Origin: Octopus vulgaris
Taxonomy: Eukaryota
Assembly: GCA_951406725.2 (NCBI GenBank)
Contig: OX597819.1
Coordinates: 60,698,001 to 60,762,000 of the forward strand
DNA: 64,000 nucleotides
Reading direction: 5' to 3'
Numbering within the stretch: the stretch's first letter is position 1; every line of letters begins with the position of its first letter. The position numbers and the translations under genes are program-made. Below the pieces are notes generated by a model, which worked only from the letters and a program-made list of their open reading frames with translations, was not told the DNA's origin and did no database searches. This document shows, piece by piece, positions 14,001-27,445 of the stretch.

Positions 14001-15868
14001 CTACAAAAGAAAGACAGCCATTTTCTAGATTTACTATGGTAGACTATTAAGAAAATATTTGTTAGTTTAAAAGTTAATTACCAGAAGGGAACAGGTAAGA
14101 AAAAATCAAAATCTAGTTCAGAAGTTCCCAACCATTTTTTTTTGCTATGGACTCCTTTGATTGCTGTTTTTCTTGGGTGGAGCTGCATAACTATTTGATG
14201 TTTAAAAAATCCTTTTATCTTCATCATCGTTTAACATCCACTTTCGATGCTAGCATGGGTTGGACGATTTGACTGAGGACTGGTGAACCAGATGGCTGCA
14301 CCAGGCTCCACTCTGATCTGGCAGAGGTAAACACACCAGCATCGGTTGTCAAGCGATGTTGGGGGGACAAACACAGACACACAAACATATACACACACAT
14401 ATATATATATATATATATACATACATATATATGACAGGCTTCTTTCAGTTTCCATCTACCAAATCCACTCACAAAGCTTTGGTCAGCCCGAGGCTATAGT
14501 AGAAGATACTTGCCCAAGGTGCCACGCAGTGGATGGGACTGAACCCGGAACCATGTGGTTCATAAGCAAGCTACAAATCTCATATGGACCCCCAAGGGTC
14601 ATATGAGCCCTTGTTGAGAACCACTGTTAGTTAGTAGATTAGCTGGAAGTAAAAGCCAAGTTATATGCTGGGTTCTTTAATACAACAGAAATGAAGAATG
14701 GTATACTTTGTTTCTGTAATTTTTTTTATAACATCGACTTTTACATGCCAGCATGGATTGGAGGGGGTTTATTAAGGCAGATCTTTTTATGATGCCCTTT
14801 CTGTTGCTAGTTTTGAGCAAGGTAGAAATAGCCCATAGCTAGACATGTTTTTGCAGAATATTGAAAAAAAATGACTATTTGGATGACAGTTGAATTAATT
14901 TCAATAAATTTATTTCATTAATTTTCTTTACATGATTTATTTCCACTGTAAGACCTGGCAAACATACCACGGAACTAACAAAATATTACAGTCAAAACTT
15001 CAATAACAAAAGAAAGAAAGAAAGAAGGAAAGGTAAGCAGATAGATAGACAGGGATGGATAGATAGATAGATAGATATAGACAGATAAAGGTAGACAGAC
15101 TTATAAGATAGACAGACAGGGATAGATAGAATGATAGATAGATAGATGGATGGAGTTTATTGAGACAAATTTTCTATGGCTGGATGCCCTTCCTGTCATC
15201 AACTCTCACCTGTTTCCAAGTAAGGTGATACTTCTCCATGGCCAAACATGTTTTTGCAGAATATTAGAAATGAATAGCAGTTATTTACAACAATCACACA
15301 ATGTCAGGACAAGGAGACACAAACACCCACATGATGGGCTTCTTACAGTTTCCATTTACCAAATCCACTCAGAAGGTTTTAATCAGCAAGACTGTAGAAG
15401 ACACTTGTCCAAGGTGTCATACAGTGGGACTGAACCCAAGACCATTTGGTTTGGAAGGAAACTTCTCAATCACACTGCCACACCTGCACCTAAAACTCTA
15501 AGCATCTCTATCAAGGAATCACAGTCTGTTCTCCTACAAGACAGGCATGGGACTGGGAACAGGGGGTGCAAGAGCACTCACTAACATTTTTTTGGAGAGG
15601 AAAATCAAAATTTGCACCCTTGCCTACTTTTCTCGGGTTTAGATAATAGTGAGTAAAAAGTACCTTGAATTCAGTTTCTTCTCAGAGAACATAAATAAAT
15701 AAAAAAAAAAATGAATTTATTTGTAAAAATTTTGGAGCCTGGGTTTGCACCCACTAATTAATCTTCATTCCTGAGCCAGAGAAGACAAGTAGATTTTCAT
15801 ATCTAATTCGATAGTTCAGTTTTAGCTAAAATCTATGTTTAAGCACTGAAGCAGAAGAGTGTACTTAC

Positions 15869-16005
15869 CTGCATATCATAGTAGCCAGTTATCGGCATAT
15901 CTTTGGGGGCACTGACCGAATAATTGCAGAGAGTGAACTGTTCTTGTGGTGGAATGAATCGAATTCTTCGAGAAGTGCTGCGAGCATCTAACTCTTGATT
16001 ATCAC
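15869..16005 (-). CDS. AP5M1: AP5M1 exon 9 (DNQELDARSTSRRIRFIPPQEQFTLCNYSVSAPKDMPITGYYDMQ)
   Basis: F.PP...F.LC.Y mu-adaptin motif; AG/gtaagt boundaries. Confidence 0.93.
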
Positions 16006-16566
16006 CTGTAGTATTACAGAAATATAATATGTTATATTCTACAATGAACAATAAACATTCATTCATTATATAGGCATAAGGCATGTTACACAGGCACACA
16101 GGTATTTCATAGGTACATGTTTTATTAGGGTAGGGTTTAGCTGCTCAAACAGACATCAATTTTTTATCTTCTATTTTTTACTTGTTTCAGCCATTAGACT
16201 GTGGCCATGCTAGGGCACTGCTTTGAAGAATTTTAGTTGAACGAATCGACCGCAGTATTTATCTTTTTTAAAACTGGGTACTTATTTTATTGGTCTCCTT
16301 TGTCAAATTGCTAAGTGAGAAGAATGCAGATACATCAACACATAAAAGGCACACACACACACACACATGTATATGTATGTATGACAGGCTTCTTTCAGTT
16401 TCCATCTTTCATATTCACTCACAAGGCTTTGGTTGGCTCAAGGCTATAGTAGAAGGCACTCACCTAAAGGGCCACACAATGGGACTGAACCCAGAAGCAT
16501 GTGGTTGGGAAGCAAGGTTCTTACCACATAGCCACACCTGCACATATATATATATATATATATATA

Positions 16567-18257
16567 CACTACCGTCAGAAATTAATTAGCACCCTTGATT
16601 TGCTGTTCACTCAAGGTATTTGCTGTCACCTATTGCTTTGTTGCGAGTTCACTGTTGCGCAGAACGATGACGTAACTTTGTTTGCAGAGCGGTTTGAGAG
16701 TCTACAGCCTAATGATGTTGACATAGCAGTGCAACAACAACTTGGAGTGCGGACGCAGACAAATCTTCCTTTGTTTAATAGATATAGGTAGCACCTCGCA
16801 AGGACCGAAATCACACCGTACTAAGTTTTCTCATCGCGTAAGATGTTTTGAACAGCTCGTAGGTTAATTGATTTGTGTATTTGCAAGATTTTTTTTCCTC
16901 ACAAATTCTCCTACACTCTGCTTGGTGACATCACTTCCGGTTCACAAAACTTTCTGTTATACATCAAATAGGTGAGAAATTCTGCTTTCTTTCTTTTTTG
17001 TTTCATGAATAATAACTCATAGCAGTTTTGTTATAGCATAACATTATTCAAATGAATAGTTTTAATGAAAATAACTGGTTTTTATCGTTCATTCCTAGAT
17101 GGGCCCAAGACCTCGCATGACCTTGGAGAGATGGTACGAGGCTCTCTCGTGGCGTGGGAAGCTGTCGGAGGCTGCAATAGCCAGAAAACTTGGGGTAGCC
17201 AGGCGCACAATTCAGTGCTTATTTAAGAAATACGAGGAAACTGGATCAGCAGCTGACAAAAAGGGTTGGGGACGGAAGAGGCTGACGAGCCAGCGGGAGG
17301 ACCGGATGCTGATCCAAAAGTCACTGTACAACTGAAGGGCAACGAGCCGGCAACTGGCGGAGGAGATGCAAAAGATGACAGGGAAGCAGTTGTCTACAAC
17401 CACCGTCAAGACCAGATTACTGGAAGCTGGTCTAAAATCCTGTAGGGCCGCCCGTAAGCCACTCCTTACAGCCCAAAACCGGAAGAGGCGGTTGCTCTGG
17501 GCCTGTGCCCACAAGATATGGACCGTGCAGCAGTGGCGGACAGTGATGTTCACTGACGAGTCGCGATTCAGTCTCGTCAATGACAAGCCTGTCCATGTGC
17601 GATGCCGCAGGGGTGAGCGCTTCAACAAAGACCGCATTGCTCCCACCATGAAGCATGGTGGGGGTGGTCTGATGGTGTGAGGGGCGTTCAGCTACAGTGG
17701 TGTTGGGCGGCTCTATGCCGTCGAAGGCAACATCAACGCAGCAAAGTACGTTGAGATAGTACGGGATACCTCTTTGGTGGCGAGGAGTACATGCTCCAGC
17801 AGGACAACGCGCCTTCCCACACAGCCAAGCTCACAACCGGTTTCTTCAAGGACCATGGGGTGACGGTCATGGACTGGCCTGGCCAGTCACCTGACCTGAA
17901 CCCTATTGAGAACCTCTGGAGTCGATTGGGTAGGGATTTGAATGTGCAGCAATACAGGAACCGACACGAGCTGTTTGGGGCACTTCTTGCTGCATGGAGG
18001 GCCATCCCTGCACAGTACCTGCAGACACTCATAGACAGCATGCCGACCAGCGTAGCAGCTGTCATTGCTGCCAAAGGAGGAGCAACAAGATATTGACTAA
18101 ATTTCACGATTAATAACAATTATGTGGTGTGCTGGGATATGTTTTAATAAATTTTTGATTAAAAACGAGTTTGTTTCTGATAATAAGTTAATTAAATTAA
18201 GAAAATGTAAGAAAATGTAGAAATTTGAGAAGTGCTAATTAATTTCCGACGCAAGTG
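16567..18257 (+). mobile_element. Full-length Tc1-family (DD34E) DNA transposon, 1691 bp
   Basis: 26-bp imperfect TIRs CACTACCGTCAGAAATTAATTAGCAC and CACTTGCGTCGGAAATTAATTAGCAC, TA flanks, internal transposase. Confidence 0.93.
17099..18096 (+). pseudogene. Tc1 transposase pseudogene
   Basis: HTH/GRKR, VMFTDESRF, QQDNAPSH and WPGQSPDLNPIENLW (34 residues between D and E). In-frame TGA at 17333 and 17678, and a frameshifting deletion near 17750-17770. Confidence 0.93.
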
Positions 18258-18533
18258 TATATATATATATACATAGATATAAGTAAACATTTAGTTCTAC
18301 AGAAAGATAAATGGTAATGTTAACCTCTACCTACAACTGAATCAGAAAATGAGTCACTAAAGCATCAGACACATCATTCAAATGTCTCCATTATGATTTC
18401 TTCTTTTTGGTTTATATTGGTGCACTCACCTAAAGGGCCACACGATAGGACTGAACTCAGAAGCATGTGGTTGGGAAGCAAGGTTCTTACCACATAGCCA
18501 CACCTGCACCTATATATATATATATATATATAT

Positions 18534-19495
18534 ATAGTGTGATAAATAAAATATATGCATACATACAAACATATATGTACGTACCTACATCTACATGTAC
18601 ATATACATGCATATATAAATATATATACGTGAGTACAGGACACCACAACTAGACGTAGAACTCAACGAGAAACGAAAATGGAAAAGCCATTTTTTTACAA
18701 CAGAAAAACAGAGACGTGGAACTGGACGAGAAACGAAAATGGGAAAAACATTTTTTTACAACAGAAAAACAGAGTACAGGACATACTACACAAGGAAAAA
18801 TCCCCAATCATCAGCTGTCGCTAGTTAGACGCAAGCGTGTTTCGAAGGCAAGACAGGACACGACTCGTCAAAACTAGGCCTTCCTGTGAGAGAATTAAAA
18901 TAAAATTACCTCGCAGAGGGGTAAAAACAAGCAAGAAAAAAATGTAACACAAACAGGACGTAACAATAAAACTGCACAATAAAAAACAAGATAAAAATAC
19001 ATGTACAAGAAAATACAAAACGAGAAATAAAAAGAAAATACAATACGAGAAATCAAAATAAACAAGAAAACAAACGAAAAGGCCTTTTTTCTGGCATAGA
19101 CGGAGGATGTTCTAGCAGCGCATGGAAACATGATTTTACAGTTTGAAAGCAGCGTGCAAAAGGAAGTGGTTTTGGCTAGCAGTGACAAAGATGAGGAGGA
19201 GTGAGAGAGAGAGAGAGATAGCAGAAGACACACGGCTGAGAGAGAGATGAGGAAGAGTGAGAGGGAGAGAGAGAGTGGGGAAGGTAAAGCAAAGGGAGAG
19301 AATTTCGCGTCATAATTATATATAAGACAGTACTGGGAGGATAAGAAACGGAACGAAGCGACGAATCGAATCGAACCCGACGTGAAGGCGCTGTCAGACA
19401 ATAGTGTAATAAATAAAATATATGCATACATACAAACATATATGTACGTACCTACATCTACATGTATATATACATGCATATATAAATATATATAC
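18534..19495. mobile_element. Non-coding element with 95-bp terminal direct repeats inserted in (TA)n; Penelope/retrozyme-like
   Basis: 18534-18628 and 19401-19495 differ at 2 positions (period 867). Degenerate hammerhead boxes on the minus strand at 18808-18871. Confidence 0.55.
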
Positions 19496-21030
19496 ACACA
19501 CACATAGACATAAGTAAACATTTAGTTCTACAGAAAGATAAATGGTAATATTAACCTCTACCTAGAACTGAATCAGAAAATGAGTCACTAAAGCATCAGA
19601 CACATCATTCAAATATCTCCATTATGATTTCTTCTTTTTGGTTTATATTGGTGCAGGTGTAGGTGTGTGATTAAGAAGTCTGCTCTATGGCACCTGGGGG
19701 CTGACCAAAGCTTTGTGAGTGGATTTGGTAGACGGAAGTAGAAAGCTCACCATTTATGGATGTGTGTGTGTGTGCGTGTGTGTGTGTGTGCGTGTGTGTG
19801 TGTGTGTGATTGTCCTGACATTGTGTGGTAGTTGTAAAACAGGTATCATTATCATTACAAATGATGTCATTTGTTTTGAATCTTTCATGATAACACATCC
19901 ACTCATGGGGAAATAGCACCTTGCTTGGGAATCTGTCTGTTTGTCTGTCTGATCATCATCATCATCATCGTTTAATGTCCACTTTCCATGCTGGCATGGG
20001 TTGGATGGTTTGATTGAGGACTGGCAGGCCAGGAGGTTGCACCAGGCTCTAATCTGATCTGGCAAGGTTTCTACAGCTGGATGCCCTTCCTAACACCAAC
20101 CACTCTGAGAGTGTAGTGGGTTCTTTCTACATGCCACCAGCACAGGAGCCAGTCAGGGGGCACTGGCACCAACCATGTTCGGATGGTGCTTTTTATGTGC
20201 CACTGGCACAGGAGCTAGTCATGGGGCACTGGCATTGACCACATTCAGATGATATATACATATATACACACACACACACACTGTATTGGCACTAGGAAGT
20301 ACATCCAGCTGTAAAAATCATGCCAAAACAGATAGTGGAGCCTGATGCAGACTTCTGTCAAATCGTTCAACCCATGCCAGCATGGAAGACAGAAGTTACA
20401 TGATGATGATGATGACCTAAGCACCCAACCACACCCACACACATATACAAATTAGCAAAGAGGACATAGTTTTTGGTCAGCATGGAGGGCGAGTATTAAA
20501 TGATGATAATGATGATGAATACACATGCCCACTGAATATATTTCATTTTGTCTTTCTTTAGCATTGCCTCACCTCACCTAGGTGTAAGAAATATCTATCA
20601 GAGATCAAAGAATTAATTAGTGTGAGAGATGAGTACTTTTTTAAAAGAAATCTTTCTCTTACACAATACTTCAAATAAAAAAAAAGTTAAGCACCAGTTC
20701 AACGAATTCCTGAAAGGGTCAGGAATTCTCAACCATTTTTTGCCTACAGATCCCTTTGATTACTATTTTATTCTGATGGAGCCCCATAGCCATTTGGCGT
20801 TTAAAAACTAGTTTTATAGATACTTACTTCAAAATTCCTATTTTGTTTTAAGGCCAGTCTCCCTGGGGAAAAGGATTGGCCTGCAAAAGTCCTGAGCCAG
20901 TGCCGCATTACGGTACGCTTGTGCATTGCCACATTATAGGGCTCATGCAGTACCACATTATAGCACTCATGTGGTACCACATAAAAAATCTCAGCACACT
21001 CTGTAAAGTGGTTGGTGTTAGGAAGGGCAT

Positions 21031-21335
21031 GTTGCTTGTTTCTTCTTGAGCCATGCCTGGCTAATAAGAGCAGGTTTCCCGGTTTCATTGGCGTATGGGT
21101 TCCCCACGTGGACGGGACGCCATTCCATTGCAGGCGAGCTGCTATATGCAGGAGGAAAGAGTGAGAGAAAGTTGTGGCGAAAGAGTCAGCAGAAGTTTGC
21201 CATTATCTTCTGTGAGAGTCATGTATAGCTCAGGTGTTTCACTCATAAACACATGCATCACCTGGTCTGAGATCTGAACCAGTGATCCCTCGACCGCAGG
21301 TCTGCTGATCTAACCACTATGCCATGTGCATCCAC
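21031..21335 (-). mobile_element. tRNA-derived SINE with 12-bp TSD, nested in another repeat
   Basis: TGGCATAGTGG...GGTTCAGATC head; TSD TAGGAAGGGCAT at 21019-21030 and 21336-21347. Confidence 0.8.
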
Positions 21336-22787
21336 TAGGAAGGGCATCAAGTCATAGAAACTACACAAAATCAAACTGGAGCATGGTGGAGCTCCCCAGC
21401 TTGCAAGTTCTGGTCAAACCATCCAACATGGACAACGGACATTAAATGATGCTGCTGATGAGGATGTGAGTGGGATAGCACACATAGAGAAACCAAAAGG
21501 TTAACTTAAACTATTATTTGAGATTTTAGTACACATGAACATCATGTTGTTATGGTGCCAAATAAAACTATAATTCTGTTTACAGAAGTTTTGTTTATAA
21601 AGAAATCTATTTGCAAAGTCACTATAACCCACAGAGATAAATTTAGCAGTCACATGCGTATATAATGGGTGGGTTGGGAAGGGAGATAGTGAGTGTTTGG
21701 GGCATGCATGTACACACACTCACACACACACAGAAATACTATGTTATAACATTGCATACACACACACACACACACATACACACGCACAGAAACACTATAT
21801 TATATCATTTGACTATGTGATTTTTTTTAGCAACACGTAAGAAAACACCATAAAGTTATATGTATACACACACACATATTTATGCATTCATAAATGCACA
21901 AACACACAGAAGCACCATGTCATAACAGCATGTGACAATGTGACACATGACCAAACACCCCCATCCCCACCACCACACACAGCATAAAGTCATATCACAC
22001 AAGTGCACACACACATACACACACAGATGTGACATGTGACTTATTACCAACATACATCTATAAGCATATATAAACACAAACATATTAGCACACAAGCAGA
22101 AACATAATACCATCACATCATGTGACCATGTGACTTATCACCAACACATAAAAAAACAACATGAAGACAGACATCTTTCACATAATAAAAACAAAAGACA
22201 ATATATAATATTTCTTCTTATTACTCTTTTTACTCTTTTACTTGTTTCAGTCATTTGACTGTGGCCATGCTAGAGCACTGCCTTTAGTCGAGCAAATCGA
22301 CCCCCAGGACATATTCTTTGTAAGCCTAGTACTTATTCTATCGATCTCTTTTGCCGAACCACTAAGTTATCAAGCAATGCTGGGGGGACAAACACAGACA
22401 CATAAGCACACATACACACACATATATATATGCATATACATATATACGATGGGCTTCTTTCAGTTTCCGTCTACCAAATCCACTCACAAGGCTATAGGAG
22501 AAGACACTTTCCCAAGGTGCCACACAGTGGAACTGAACCCAGAACCACATGGTTGGTAAGCAAGCTACTTACCACCCAGCCACTCCTACACCATATTATT
22601 CAACATTTTTTTTTTTTAAAATTTTTTACTTGTTTAGCATTTTTGAATTTCTGGTACAGAAACCAAGAATTTGCCTTTGATATATAATCAGCACCATCAT
22701 CTTGGATTGGTGCAGGTGTGGCTGTGTGGTAAGAAGCTTGCTTCCCAACCACATGGTTCTGGGTTCAGTCCCTCTGCGTGACATCTT

Positions 22788-22791
22788 AAAA

Positions 22792-22839
<48 letters not shown>

Positions 22840-24133
22840 TGTGTACAGTGCTCAGGTGCACTACAACTCATCTAAAGTGTATATATAATCAGGTGTAGTT
22901 TCGGCGGATTTCGGAAAGCATGAGGGCCTTAAAGGATGCAGTGTCATGGCAGTCAACAACTGACGCAGGCAGTTTATTCCATGCTTCAGCAACTCTGAGC
23001 GTGAAAAAATGTTTCCGAAAGTCATGGGAGCTGTGTTGTTTTCTGACTTTGTAGGCATGTCCACGTGTGTTAGACACATGGAGATCAAAAAGGTGTTCAG
23101 TGTTGTTGTTGGTGAGGTGGTTGATAACTTTGTGGGTGTTTACCAAGTCCGTCGCCAGACGCCGGAGCCTCAGTGAATCCATGCCCAGGGAAACAAGGTG
23201 CTCAGAATATGGTAGGTGTCTGATGGAGGGTATGCGTTTGGTTGCACGTCTCTGGACAGATTCCAGGAGGTCAATGTTCTGAGCAAGATAGGGGTTCCAA
23301 ACTGATGATGCGAATTCCAAGTGTGGTCATACCATAGCTGTATACAGTTTTAAATAGATGGCGGGAGAGCGGCTAACAAAAGTCTTGCTGAGTGATGCCA
23401 AGACACCCTCGGCCTTCTTGACAATTTTAGAGATATGCTTTGTCCAACGCAAATCACTGCTGACAGTGATGCCTAGGTCACACTCGCAGGAGGATTTCTT
23501 GATATCAGTGTTGTGGAAGGAGTATGTGGATGCAGGGTTTTTTCTCCCAAAATGCATGGTGGTACACTTGTCCACAGCCAGTTTCAGTTGCCAGTCTGTG
23601 ATCCATTGCTGCATAGTGTCTAGGTCTGATTGCAGGAAAGAGTTGTAGACATCAGGATCTGTCCTCTTGATTTCAAGGTACAGCTTGATGTCGTCTGCAT
23701 ATTTCAATACTGTGGCATTCTTTAAATTGGCATCTATGTCATTAATGTATGCCACAAACAAGAGGGGACCAAGGACAGATCCCTGCGGTACACCAGATGA
23801 CATCTCATATGGTGTAGAATGCTGTCCTAGAACTGTGACTACCTCCTTTCGGCTGAGAATGAAGGATTTCAACCAGTTAAAAAGGTCATCCCTCACACCC
23901 ATTGCAGAGAGTTTCACCATAAGCCTTTTGTGTGGCACAGAGTTGAAAGCCTTAGCAAAGTCAAGGTAGACAACATCCACCCATGAGCCACTGTCAGTGA
24001 TCTGAGTAATGTCCTCAAGGAACTCGACAAGCTGATCACTGCAGCTGGAGTTAGGGACAAATCCATATTGCGAGGGTCGGATGAGACTGTGAGAGCTCCA
24101 GAAGTTCCAGAGTGTTTCTCTGACACACGATTC
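22788..24133 (-). mobile_element. 5'-truncated CR1/L2-type LINE (RT and C-terminus) with (TTA)n tail, inserted into a SINE
   Basis: YLDFAKAF, GVPQGSVLGPLLF, YADD and TRGH...FFTLRVAEAWNKLP; single in-frame TGA at 23327-23329; flanking CATCTT repeats at 22782-22787 and 24134-24139. Confidence 0.92.
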
Positions 24134-24740
24134 CATCTTGGGCAAGTATCTTCTACTATAGCCTCAGGTCAACCAAAGCTTTGTGAGTGGATTGGTAGAC
24201 GGAAACTGAAAGAAGCCTGTCATATATATATGTGTGCATATGTGTGTGTGTGTGTGTGTGTTTGTGTCTGTGCTTGTCCCCCATCACCACTTGACAACTA
24301 ATGCTGGTGTGTTTACATCCCTGTAACTTAGCAGTTCAGCAAAAGGGACCAATTCAATAATTCTACAAAGAATACGTCCTGGGGTTGATCTGCTTGACTA
24401 AAATCCTTCAAAGCAGTGCTCCAGCATGGTCACAGTCAAATGACAGAAAGAAGAGTCATCATCATCATCACCACTGTTTTCACGTCCACTTTTTGATGCT
24501 TGCATGGGTCAGATGGAATTTGTTGAAGGAGATTTTCTAAGGACAGATGCCCTTCCTGTCAACAACCCTCAACTGTCTCCCAGTAAGGCAATATTCCCCC
24601 ATGGCCAAATGTATTTTCATGGAAGATTGGAAATGAAAGACACAACATGTGTGACAGTGATACTTGTATCTATCATAGATCAAAACAAAGCACCATAAGA
24701 CAAACACACCCACACTAATATATATATATGCATTTGTGTG

Positions 24741-24783
<43 letters not shown>

Positions 24784-25214
24784 TACACCATAGGTTTCTT
24801 TCAATTTCTGTCTATCAAATACACTTACAGATGTCTTCTACTCTGGCTCAGGACTATAGCAGAAAACACTTGCCCAAGGTACCATTTAGTGGGACTGAAC
24901 CCAAAATAACGTGGTTGGAAGCAGACTTCTTAACCATCTAATATAATCTGACTGAAAGACAGTGAGCTGGCAGAAGGGTTAGCATGCCGGGCGAAATGCT
25001 TAACGGTATTTCATCTGCCTTTATGTTCTGAGTTCAAATTCTGCAGTGGTCGACTTTGCCTTTCATCCTTTCAGGGTTGATAAATTAAGTACCAGTTGCA
25101 TACTGGGGTCGATCTAATTGACTGGCCCCAACTCCCCCAAAACTTTAGGCCTTGTGCCTAAAGTAGAAAAATAATAATCTCACAGAATTTAAATAGAAAT
25201 TAATGTATTCTTAC

Positions 25215-25401
25215 TTAATGCGTCATCAACATCAGCACTTTGAACACAGGGGTGAACTGTAAAATTATCCAAACAGAATCTTTCATTTGTAGGCATTTGG
25301 ATAATGTTGAGTGTGACCTCAGGAACAATACCATCCAGATCACACTTACATGTCACCCTGCCATACACTTCCCAGTCATTTCCCTTCTGATTGGTTCCAC
25401 A
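25215..25401 (-). CDS. AP5M1: AP5M1 exon 8 (CGTNQKGNDWEVYGRVTCKCDLDGIVPEVTLN...VHPCVQSADVDDAL)
   Basis: G.VTCKCDL.G..P.VT and HPCV motifs of AP5M1; AG/gtaag boundaries. Confidence 0.95.
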
Positions 25402-26018
25402 CTGAAAGAAAATAAACCAATGAGATTACAGTAAAAAAAATATGATGCAGTAATTTCTGTGAATTTTTCTCAAAGTCTTGTGTAATGAATGACATTATAT
25501 TCAGTTATCAGATATTTTTTTTTTCTTTTTTACTTGACAACCCATGTTATCATCATCATCATCAGCCAGTGTTTTAAATCTGGGTGGGATTCTTTAATAC
25601 TTTTAGATTGTAGAAAGTACTTTCTTCTAGAATGTGTTTGAAAATCCTTTGTGTGTTTACAAAAAATACAATTCTCTCTTTTGAGGATTGATACTTTAAT
25701 TGAGTGAGATATTGGTTTCATAATTTCTCTTTAGCCCTTTTGATACCAGCCTTCTGGAGATCATCCTTGATTCTATGATACAAATTTCCTTATTATCGTA
25801 TTTGTGCCAATGACATGCAAAAAGCATCCACTACATTCTGTAAAGTGGTTGGCATTATGAAGGGCATCCAGCTATGGAAACTACACCAAAGATACATTGG
25901 AACTTGATGTAGCCCTGTAGCTTGTCAATTCCTCGTCAAATTGTCCTACCCATGCTTGCAAGGAAAGCAGATGTTAAATGATGATGATAATGTATTTGAT
26001 GGTGTATAAAACACATTT

Positions 26019-26056
<38 letters not shown>

Positions 26057-27364
26057 AAGTTTCCAAAAATCACCCTGGGTCCTATATACAAAGTTGAGCC
26101 TACATTACATGTTTTAATGCATTAAGAACTTTTTCCCTTGAATATGTGCTGCTGAAATTGGAGGCATCTAATATGCCCAGGCATTTTTTATACCATCAAA
26201 TACGTAATTTTATTTCAAAATTATAAAGGGAGCTTACTCTGTCTCTACGTACCGAAATAAAACGTTAAATGAATGGAAGGTGATAAATTCTGTAAGTTTT
26301 TCTTTCCGTAGAAAAAGAAAATAATAAATGATTTCCTCTATCATTTTTTTATTTTAGAAAAGAAAGAAAAAAAAAAGAAACAAACAAACAAACAAGATTT
26401 CACAACTCAATTAACACAATATCATCAATTGATAACAACATGCTTATGTAAATGTCACTGTATAATAGATCCTCTGGTTTAGAGAGTGTGAAGGTCATCT
26501 AAGCTACTTTTAATATCCGCCACAAAATTTGGAAGGAAAGATAAATAGACAGAATAAGCATACTATGTACAACACTAAAATCTCTATTACTGCAATTTTG
26601 TCGGTCATGAGTCTCTCTTTTGTCTTTAACATTTATTTCAATTCATTCAGTGCAAAAAGCTAAGCTAAAAAAAAAAATTAAAGTAAAAGCCAGGAATGTA
26701 GTATGAAGGTACTTTCTAACAAACATTCTTAAGTTTTTATGTCCGTAATTTTAAAATACTAGTATTTTAATTTTAATTAGTTATTCTAAGAAATACTCTT
26801 ACCACTGCCATTAGTTTGTCATTAATGCTCTGTGGGATTTGAACTCAGTGTGCGAAGAGTTGTAACACATACTATGAGGCATTCCAGCCAATGCTCTAAT
26901 GACTCTGCCAATTTGCTATGTGTGCATGAGTGTGTGTGTATGCGTATATGTGTGTGTGTGTGTGTCTATATACATGTGTGGGTGCGTGTATATCTATATA
27001 TATATGTATATGATATATAATAAATATAATAATAATAATGAAATTATTATGTATAGCGTTCAGGTGCCCTACAACTCATCAAAGGTGTATGTACAGTACA
27101 TAGAATTATGTACAAAAGTCAAGAAAGTGAACAGTGTAAGAGTCATAAGATATATGTGTGCATGTGCATGGAGGTGGGGATATCAGGTGCAGAGTTGGTG
27201 AATTTCAGGAAGCATGGGGGTTTTAAAGGATGCAGTGCATATATATAATTAAAAAATATATATAATTAAAAAGAGAAGAAAAGAAGCTGAACAATTCTAA
27301 AATGCTTATAACTCAACAACAACAATAATAATGGTACTGAAAACTTTGAATAGATTTTACTTAC

Positions 27365-27445
27365 AATAGCAGCTCTAACATTTTCAGAGACACAAATATA
27401 GATTTGATTTCTCCCCTTGTGTGTATTAGGTCTCCAAGCAGGTTG
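27365..27445 (-). CDS. AP5M1: AP5M1 exon 7 (QPAWRPNTHKGRNQIYICVSENVRAAI)
   Basis: Conserved QPAW..YKGK.Q start of the mu-homology domain; AG/gtaagt boundaries. Confidence 0.92.
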
